Shown here: in pieces, positions 40,348-50,300 of the stretch
Layout: every line of letters begins with the position of its first letter
Numbering within the stretch: position 1 is the first letter of the stretch
Source: Azolla caroliniana
Lineage: Eukaryota > Plantae > Polypodiophyta
NCBI GenBank assembly: GCA_043228905.1
Contig: JBHGNT010000015.1
Coordinates: 13,950,001-14,014,000, forward strand
Direction: 5' to 3'
DNA: 64,000 nt
Notes under the pieces: generated by a model
Seen by the model: only the letters and a program-made list of their open reading frames with translations
Told to the model about the DNA's origin: nothing
Database searches by the model: none
Position numbers and translations under genes: made by a program

Positions 40348-41020
40348 TCCTTGTGTATATATGTGATATATATTTATTTATTAATTTGGTCGCCGGATGT
40401 CGGATGACGCCGGTCGCCGCCGGATACTGGCTTCGCCACCGTCGTCGAATCACAAGCTCCGTCGCCGCCTCGCCGCCTCCGTCAGATGCCGATTCCACTG
40501 GGTCACCGGCTTCGCCGCCGCCTCGTCGGCTCTATTGGATGCCGATATCGCCGGATCGCTGTCTCCGTTGGATGCCGATTCCGCCGGGTCACCGGCTCCG
40601 TCGCCTTGCGGGCTCCGTCGAATACCGATACTGCCGGATCAACGATTGCCGGTTATTGTCTAGTTCCATTTTGGTTGGCTAGGCCACCTCCACTCTTAGT
40701 TCAAGTTACCTTGAACTCTCTATGCTCAATCCATAGACACAAAGATAATAGCTTTTGGTCTACCTTATATATGATGAGAGCCGTATTTGTCGTGCCTATG
40801 TGGGATATCTCACAGTTTTCTCGTTTCCTTTCACAAACTTTATACCCTCATATCTTGACATCTAGTTGTCCGTTTCTCGTGTATAAAGTGCATTTGAAAG
40901 CTCTTGAAGACCTCCATCATTTTGTACTTAGATACTTCACTACTATTGTTTTATGTGATTCATACTCGATTTTGTATGTTTTATGTGATTTTCACACCAT
41001 TGCCGAAAATCTTCACGACA

Positions 41021-43466
41021 TCATTCTATCGTGGTGACATGTCGCAATTTACGTGTCACTACTGGATATACCAGCAGATTTGAACCTTCCACTTCATTAG
41101 AATGCTCCTTGATTCTTTGTTTCTTAATTTCATCGAAGTAGCCAACCGTGATGTATTCAATGGCATTAACGAACCGAAAAGTTGGCCCTCTATTTACATT
41201 GGTTTTTATCCTATAAAAAATAATACATCGAGTTAAGAATAGATTGAACAACCTTAAGAAATGCAATATAGTGAATGAAACCTATAAATAATCCTTACCA
41301 TGCAAGGTTCTCGATGCCATGGCAACGAGATCTCAAAGCTTGAGCTACCGAGTACCCTTGGTCCATACTATGAAAGACAACTATTCGCCAAAAGGATGCA
41401 GTCATTAGCTCAGCGAAATCCTTGACCACCTTCTCCAACTGTTTAAACCTAAACGGTTCATTGTCGTATGATGACCCAACCATTCGAAATCCGTAAGGAA
41501 TATCCGCAATCATTAGCGTATATTCCTTCTTGGGCACTTTCTGGATCAAGTCGACGACATCACCGCAAACCACATTGTAGTAAAGATCTCTCGTAATATC
41601 TTTTTTGTGGCTAAATTTTTTAAAGCAGCCATCTTCTTCCATTTCGTATGCCTTGAGTAAGCGACGATCCTTTTCTTTTTTGGCTCACTCGAGATGTGCA
41701 AGGAAGGATGTATGGAAATCGTGTATATCCTTAACTTCTCCTTGTTTCTTGCCACGACATGGTTTCTAATAGAAGTAATAGGACATCAAGTATTATTATA
41801 CAACATCTACATATGATGAAAGCGTAATGAAAAACCACCAATACTAACCCAATCCTTGAATGCAATAAAATACTCTGATAACGCCTTATATGAAGACATT
41901 AGAGGATAATCCTCGGTCACTTGTTCCCAAGTTATACATCCAAGTTGTTTCATCATAACTTCTTGGATCTTCATGTACACCTTATGACTGTAAAATTAGA
42001 AATCAAGATTAGAACTTGGAATTACACCATATAGACTTCAATATCAATATTTGAAAGACTTACTTATTGAACTCAGTGACCATTTCTTCAAGGCTTAAAT
42101 CTTTCGCCACAACCCTTGACAAAACAGACACAAGAAGTTGCTCGTCCTTAATACCTTGCATCGCTCTCCACAGAGACAGCTTCATGTCGTCAGCCGCTTC
42201 TTCAATTGTCAAGTCAATTTTCTTGGCCGCTTGTGACTTTAACTCTAGTTGAGGGTCAACCTTAACGACAAAAGAAGAGAAGCTCTTTGACTTCTCGTTG
42301 AAGAGAAGCTTTTTTCCTCTCTTCATGGACTCGGGAGCTACTAGGGTTTGTGTTTCAATTGGAGAACCCTGTATGCGAAGCTTTATCTTCTTCATAGGTC
42401 TGTCCGACAAGTTCTTAAACGACCTATTTAAGAGAGGACATGCGAAAACATAAGTTAGGTGGGCACATAGATTAAGGTTGTATATTAAAATACAAATAAG
42501 TGGATGAAGAAATAAACTAGCAGGCGATTTGTGGTGAACTATAAATATCAATCATGCATTCAATGTATATGGTAGTCCTATATTCAGAAATCTATTCTAG
42601 TAACGGTTATTCAACTTAGAAAGTATATATCGTAATAAGTATACAAGGTTATATATTGTCTTGAAGGGCAGGTATGACTTATATTGATTCCATAAGCATA
42701 TTGTAGATAATTAACATATGATAGACTTGAGATTGGTATCGTAAAAGTAATTTGTGGGTTTTTTCTACTATTTTAAGCAATAGTAGGTCATAAAACCCCT
42801 ATAATTAAGGCCCCTTTTTTTAAAAAAGTAAGGCAAGTCGACATAAAAAAGACTGATTTTGACAGATAGTTTGATATCTTTTCTCACAATACTAAATTGT
42901 TGCCCCAAAAACACAATATTCCTCTTTCAGGGTCTTCTTTTATACAGGAACTCGATACGCCGTATTGTGTTCTTGTATAAAGTTCGTGTTTGTACATGAA
43001 ATCGATGCATGGTATCGAGTTCGTGTATCAAACACATACTTTACATAGGAACTCGTTATGGTGTATCGAGTTCCTGTATAAAAAAGAGTTACATAACATT
43101 GGAACTCGATACGGTGTATTGAGTTCTTGTATAATATTTGTATTTTAGACAGGAGCTCAATACGCCGTATCGATTTCCTGTATAAAACACAAATATTATA
43201 CAGGAACTCGATACGCCGTTTCGAGTTCCTTTGTTTTCTTTGCTTTTTAAATAGGAACTCGTGACGCCGTATCGAGTTCCTGTTTCAAAAGCAAAGAAAA
43301 TAGAAGAACTCGATATGGCGTATCGAGTTCCTATATAAAGTTTGTATTTTATACAGGAACTCGATACGGCGTATTGAGTTCTTGAGTGAAGAAACATATT
43401 TACAAAAATGTCCACAGTGTCAGAGGCCTACCTGGAGTCCTGGCGCTTGATTCTCTTTGAAGACAT
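41021..43466 (-). pseudogene. Five-exon gene encoding a beta-class amino (N6A/N4C) DNA methyltransferase-like protein; one internal stop, 3' truncated
   Basis: Exons 43466-43432, 42423-42064, 41987-41849, 41765-41299, 41210-41021; four GT-AG introns all preserve frame (396 codons plus stop). Contains VVCGDVVDLIQKVPKKEYTLMIADIPYG (DIPY at 41493-41504), LAWIKTN, EYITVGY, NLLVYPV. TGA at 41685-41687. No FxGxG motif seen. Confidence 0.72.
42941..43383. repeat. Array of nine ~39-bp palindromes (tatacaggaactcgatac-g(c/g)c-gtatcgagttcctgtata), ~50-bp period, in intron 1
   Basis: Directly visible; several neighbouring spacers are reverse complements of each other. Confidence 0.92.
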
Positions 43467-43590
43467 GGTTGATCTTGTCGAAGTGGAGGTGGAGATCGCG
43501 CTTTCGTGCTTCGTGCTCTGTGTGCTCTGTTCGCTCTGTGTGCTCTTGTATGCTCTTGTGTGCTCTTATGGATGAAATATGACGAGGTCT

Positions 43591-43603
43591 TCCTATTTAT
43601 AGG
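43591..43603 (-). promoter_or_regulatory. TATA box of the methyltransferase-like gene
   Basis: CCTATAAATAGGA on the minus strand, ~130 bp upstream of the ATG at 43466. Confidence 0.7.
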
Positions 43604-43814
43604 GATTGACCACAGTGGTTAAAGCAACCATAGTCACCTTAACCAGGGTTGGTAAGCTTGAGGTTAGTTAGTTAGTAACCACAGTCACATTAACCAGAGT
43701 AACTTATGATTGCATTAATGATTACAAAGTCAAACTACCATATTGATGAATTTTTTATAGTCATAATAACTTACAATGACTTTGAAGGTCATGAAGGACA
43801 TAATGATAGAGGTT

Positions 43815-44000
43815 TATGAATGAACCAATGATTGATTACTGAAAGCAACATTTTTATGACTCTTAATTGCCGTGTATTAAAGATGTGGGCATGAATGAAC
43901 CAATGATTGATAAGTCTAATATTTAAAATGGTGGGCATTAATGAACCAATGACTGAGAAGTTCTATATCAAATATGGGTGCCATTAATTAGCCAATGATT
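43815..44000 (+). promoter_or_regulatory. Four repeated CCAAT motifs (aatgaaccaatgattga) in the divergent intergenic region
   Basis: Copies at about 43819, 43895, 43940 and 43986. Confidence 0.55.
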
Positions 44001-44303
44001 TTAACTTTAATCCAAAATATTTATGGCTTGGTAATGATTGTAATTATATTATACTTGATTTAACTTCATATAGACCTAGTTTAAGTAATTATTGATATTT
44101 TAAATACAATTACTATATTAAAAATAATATTTTTTATGTATTGTATTAATATAATATTAAATAATATAGACATTATATTGAGGGAGCTTTTGTTTAGAGA
44201 GGAGTTTATGTTTAGAGAGGAGTATATGTTTAGAGAGGAGCTTATTAGTTTTTTGCCTTAGCCTAAGCACATAACTTAAAGAGCCTTATTTAGACCTTAA
44301 GCC

Positions 44304-47075
44304 ATGAGTGAAGATTCACCGTTCTCGATTGAAGAATATTGTTTGTCATAAGACTCATCGTTTTCTACCGAAGAGTATTGTTTGTCGATAGACTCACCAT
44401 ATTCTATTGAAGAATATTGTCTGTCGACAAACTCACCATATTCTATCGAAGAATATTATCTGAGCTCATCTTCACCTACAGGGAATGTAAATAATGAAAC
44501 ATGTGAAGAGTTCTCTATTGAAAAATACGATATTAATAAAGATACGGAGAATGAAGTTAGTGCCAATGAAACATCGAATAACACTGGCGATGGTCACAAC
44601 AAAGAATCAGATTGTAACAAGGTTACACCAACCTCTATGCAGGAAGAGAAATCTGGAAGCCCTATGCATATTAGAAGAATCCCACGAAGAATTCGTCTGG
44701 CTAGATTTAGCTTGGTGACATCAGATAAACAGATTGGATTTGATGTCAAAAAAATATGTTGTGCCCGTGGTTGTATGTCTATGATTGGAAAATCAAAGTT
44801 GCGAGAATTAAGGCGATACTATTTTTCGATGACTGGTGATGAGCAAGACACTTACCTCGGGTCACATATGCAACTAGTATCTGACAAATGTACGAGGATC
44901 AAAGTATCATTCGAGTATTATGTCTTCCATGCACAAAAGATATGTAGAGTTGCATTCAAAATTGTGTTATGTGTTAGTAACATGCGGCTACATAGAGTAC
45001 AACAACGTCTACTTAGCGGGGATCAGATGCTCAATTGTAAAGAGGTTCCAAGTATGAAAGGTGCAATTGGTTGGATGAAAAGTTACTTTCAGTTCAATTG
45101 TGAAGTAATGCCCACTACAGGTAGGATGCACCTTTCTGATAATTATACACGTCGGGAAGTTTATGATGTCTATCGATCTGATATGGTGGGCTCACGTAAT
45201 AAGTCTGTCACATATAGCCAATTCACAAGATTATGGAGTGCTCGGTTTTCAAATGTTATCATTCCATGTAAAGTATGCATGGGGTATTGCTCCATTTGTG
45301 CAAATCTTAAAAGTTTGGCTAAAGGTGCAAAGACATCAATGGAAAAGGATATGAGTAAGAAGTTACTACAAGAGCATCGTGAGGCACAATCGTTAGAACG
45401 AAAGAAGGTGATGCATCATAGAGAGAAGTGTTTGAAGAGGCCCGAACAATACATGTGCTTAATGATAGATGGCATGGACCAGAAGAAAACGTGCTTGCCG
45501 CATATGCGAAGGCTCCCCAAAGATGTCAATGATGAGTGCCTTGTTCAAATGCACTTGGTGGGATGCTTGGCTTATAATAGGTCTGTTGGACCTCATGTCT
45601 TCATTACATACCCCAATGTTCACAATGACCCTAACCTAACAGTTACAGTGATTCACCGAGTTTTGATGTCTTGGGGCCAACCTTTCCCCCCTGTTCTATA
45701 CATTCAATTGGACGATACTGCTAGAGAGAACAAAAATTCAACTGTGTTTGGCTATCTAAGTATGTTGGTCAACCAAGGATTGTTTAGGAAAGTGAAAGTC
45801 AATTTTCTTTTGGTTGGCCACACACATGACCATATAGATAAGATGTTTAGCACATTCTCTAGACAATTGTCTCGGCATGATGCTTTCACTTTACCTAAAC
45901 TATTTGATGTCATTTGTGATGCATATACACCATGCCCAAAAGTGTTACACTTGAAGGAGGTATATGACTTTAAGAGATATATATTAGATGGGGGTGGTGG
46001 GAATGTTAAAGTGCTTGCCCAGTTAAACAGTATAAGTTTCAATCACATTTTTATGATAAAGAAAAATGAAATAAGTGGTTCTACACTTTTGTATGCTAAA
46101 CAATATTCATCTTCTACAACATGGGAACCTGAAGGTGGTTGCCAGTTATTACTTTGTATGCCGAGTACAATTGTCCATGGAGCTAAGCAAATGCCAATTG
46201 AGAAGAAAGGACAGTTGCAGAGTGTCTTGGTATCGGAACAAAAACGGTCATGGCTCCAAGCCTTAGAAGAAAAAAGAAATCATATTGAGGCCGCCAAGAA
46301 ATATGCCGCACAACAAGATACGTCATGATGGGATGTATTTTATAGTGATTAGAAAGGAATTATAGACAATTGTGTATTTGGTGATAATTGGAATTTGGAA
46401 ACGCCATTCACATGGTCGCTGCAACATGATCGTGTAAATAGAACTCCGGAGCAACCAGCAAATGCGATTAATGATAACTTGGTCCATCCACAACAAAGAG
46501 ACATTTCTGTGGGACCAAGGATGACCAAAGCAGCCGAAGCTAGATGGCAAGGCAATTTGCAAGAGCTCACAGCGGGGATGCTGATTGCAACGCCAACTGA
46601 TGAGAACTCACATGGCCACCAATTTTGGGTGGGTAAAATTCTAGAAGTGCTAATGCATGAAATAGAAAATACAATCAAGTCTATAAACGTTCATTGGTAC
46701 AACACTAGAAGTGCAAATGCTTTTATAGGTAAGTATACATTGGAGATAATTGAATGCCCAACAAGAAGGGGAGGTAGGAAGAGGAAGCGAAACATTCGTA
46801 ACACCTCGACCCTTGATATCTCTGATGTGGATATCATCGTGTACAACTTCACACTTACAAAAGACGGACGATTAAGGAAGTGAACAATAGATATAATAAA
46901 AGAAAAATTACCAGGTCTACAAGGTGGCTCGACTCAAAGGCAAACGAGATCTGCTACATATAGTCTAGAGTCAAACCATTTGGTTTATGACGAAGATAAT
47001 ACACTAATTAGTACATCTGAGGATGACGAGGAGGAATCGTCATTGTATATTAGTTATAGTAGTGATTCTCCGTAA
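44304..47075 (+). pseudogene. Sola/DUF7869-like DDE transposase, family 1; ~923 codons in one frame with four substitution stops
   Basis: CRVAF..V, CSICANLK, MCLMIDGMDQKKTCLPH, LYIQLDDTARENKN, FLLVGHTHDHIDKMFS. ORFs 44382-46328 and 46395-46883 share a frame with the ATG at 44304 and the TAA at 47073-47075. Confidence 0.82.
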
Positions 47076-47389
47076 CGGAGTGATCATTAATGTATTTTTG
47101 GTTATTAAGTGTAACTACATTCCGCTTGTAACAAATCGAGTAATATAAAAGCATCTGTTTTGAATTCTTATGATTTCTAAAAAATCGTTTCCTATAAAAT
47201 AACATTGGTTGTAAAGTTTGTGATAAAAATTGCGAATGTAACTTTTTCAAATTCCACATTTTTTAGTTACTTCTAAATCACAAAAATAGTGGATTTTTAA
47301 CCTTTTTCATAGTATATTTGAACATGTATGATACTGATATCAATGTATTTTGTAAAATCATTGAAAAAGTACTAAAATCAACTAAAATA

Positions 47390-50300
47390 TTCCTTGTCCT
47401 TCCATTTATGCACGATCCTTCCACTTGTGAACGCGAATGTGTTATATTGATTGTCGAAGATACAATGGTAGCTACAGAGACTATAGTTGTAGAGGCTTAA
47501 GAGGTTGAACAAAAGTATTGAACCAGAATGGTTTTAAAATTACCTGAAGGCCTCCTTATATACAACACATGATCCACGATGCTATGCCACATTCTAGACA
47601 TTCAGAGTTCTGCTACATGCATGAGCATCACATGCATGATCCACATGTACACAATGCATGCATGATCGTCATCCCATGATCATCATCCACATGAACATCC
47701 TCCACATGATCATCATCCTCATGACTATCATCCACATGACCATCATACATCATCATAGCAATCAATGCATAATATAATCTTCATGAGCACCACTAGACTC
47801 AACATAATGGCATGACCCATTGGTTAAGACCTCGCCACGTGTAGCCCTAAGGTCAATGGTTCTAGTCATGATCATGACTCTATCCCCCTCTTAGAATGAC
47901 GAGTTGTACGAGTCAGCATGGAGATATGAAGACCGAGCTTCTAAGGATACTGATTGTGAAACTCCTGGATAAGACCATGAGCATTCACCAAATGTGCATC
48001 AAGTTCCCATGTGCGATATTGTGGCCCATAACATTCCTAATCCACCAAATAATATAGGTGACCGTATCGGATCTTCGAGTCAAGAATGACTGCAACCTCG
48101 TAGTCAGATCCATCAATAATCTCTATTGCAAGTGGAGGCAACATAACATGATTCAAAATTCCAGTAAGGACACAAGGCTCTAAGAAAGAACAATGGAATA
48201 CAGGATGAAGTCGCATGTGGGAAGGTAAATCAAGACAAAATGTCACCTCATTATTCTTCCCACTTATCACAAAAGGTCCCAATCATTGATAATCCAATTT
48301 ATCACAAGGTCGAGTCATTTCTAGATGTCAACATAGTAGCCACACTCTATCCCCGACGTGAAATGTGTTTTGAACTCCATGGGAATCAACAACTTGTTTT
48401 TGTGATGCTTGAGCATGTTGTAATTGAGTTGTTACATCTAGTTGTATCTAACGAATCTGAGATAATCAATTCTCCGCACTAGGATTGGTAGAAGCTTGAG
48501 GGATCTCTAGGAAGGTCCAATATTGATGTTGACCACTATGTGCAAAGAATGGGGTGATCTTAATAGAGGATTGCACTAAATTATTATGTGTAAATTCTAC
48601 AAATGTAGAGTATCAACCCAATTGTCTTGTTGATAACTAATGAAACATCAAAGATATTGCTCCAATGTCTGATTGGTATTCTTGGCTTGATCATCAGTTT
48701 GAGGATGATAGCTAGAAGAGAGACTGCATGATATATGTAATAGTGACAATAAGTGTCGCAAGAATTTAGACACAAACTGTGAACCTCGATTGATAATGAT
48801 AGTATTTGGAAGACCATGATGCGCATAAAAAGATCAACAGTTCCTGCACTAGTAATATTTTTAGTACACGCTGTCATGAAGCTAATGCATCACGATGTCC
48901 AAACAACCTCAAAATTGCTAAAACACACTTTCATCAACTAGTGTCCATTGCGAGGAGTTCATAAGAGTTTACAGATTAAAAATTAGAGTTCCAGGTGAAA
49001 AGTTATGACCGTTAGAGCGTTTCGCTAAAATCAGGAATTTACCACGGTAACTTAGAATTGGCAAGTAGAGTTAATGAATTGGAAAGCTAGAGGAAGTAAC
49101 AAGGAATCCATAGGATTTTACAGATTGTGAATCGGAGTCTGGGAGCCCAAGTTAAAGCCCCGACAATAAGTACGTTGCAAAATTATAAGAAATAAAAATC
49201 TAAAAAAATGGCCACCCTGCAAACTGCCCTTTTGCAGGGCGGTTTGAGGGTTGTTTGATGGAGTTGGAGAGGCCTTCCCCCACTGATAAAAGGCCTCTCC
49301 CCCTAGAGGAAATGGCATCCACCAACAAGGAGGGTTCCACCATCGAGGAGTCCAGCGACCCCTCCCCTATAGAGAAGGGAATGACGAGGCGACCTTCCTC
49401 CCTATCGTGAAAGGGCAAGGCCATGGAGGTCATGCGAAGGTGAACACAAGAAGAGGTCATACATGGGACTCGGCCACTCCACGAAGGGTCATAAATGGGA
49501 CTCGGCCACTTGACAAAGAGGTCGTAGACGGGACTCAACCACCCGAGAAGAGGTCGTAGACGGGCCTCGGCCACCCGACGAAGAGGTCGTAGACGGGATT
49601 CGGCCACCCGAGAAGAGGTCCTAGATGAGATTCAGACACCCGACAAAGAGGTCCTAAACAAGACTCGGCCACTCGAGAGTAGGTCGTAGACGGGACTCGA
49701 CCACCTAACTACAGAAGAACCGGAGGGAAAGAGAAGAGCAAGAAGAAGAAGCATAGAGGAGATGAAGAGGATGTGTAAAGTCCAGGGAACCGACAATATC
49801 TCACCGAGTCACAGAATCCCAATGATTGCAACACACGACCACAAACATTATGACAATGCCAAAAAATGTGCCATCCTTGTAAATCTATCAACCGTAGTTA
49901 AGATAACATCAAAACCTTTAGAACATGGCAAATCTATGATAAAATCTAATGAAATAGATTGCCATGGTTGTTCTGGAATCAATAGGGGTTGCAATAAACC
50001 ATAGGGTCTATGTCAATGAATCTTGGTATGACAACAAGTGTCGCATGTGCGAGCATAATCTCACACAAAATCATGAAGTTGTGGCCACTAGAAGGAACGA
50101 GATACCAATTCCAATGTCTTATGAATTCCAAAATGGCCAGCCATGTAGCCATCATGGCATTTCTCCAATACTTTGAGAAGACCACATCCATCTGTAACAT
50201 ATAAAAGCACTTTATAATAGAGTAACCCATTTCTCTAGTAGAATTTCTTGTAATCGATATGTGGATGTTGTGTTTTTAAGCATGACGCTCATGCTGGAGT

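Noticed and set aside
40765-40830. Missing SAM-binding motif of the MTase-like gene (minus-strand HIGTTNTAL)
   Set aside because: Lacks DxFxGxG and has no convincing splice path from exon 5; probably chance.
40310-41037. Overlapping Arg/Pro/Ala-rich ORFs
   Set aside because: Stop-poor GC-rich low-complexity DNA with no recognisable domain.
42941-43383. CRISPR array (palindromic repeats with variable spacers)
   Set aside because: Eukaryotic context, no cas genes, degenerate repeats, and spacers that are short and reverse complements of each other rather than unique.
43089-43415. 108-aa repetitive ORF
   Set aside because: A translation of the palindrome array inside an intron.
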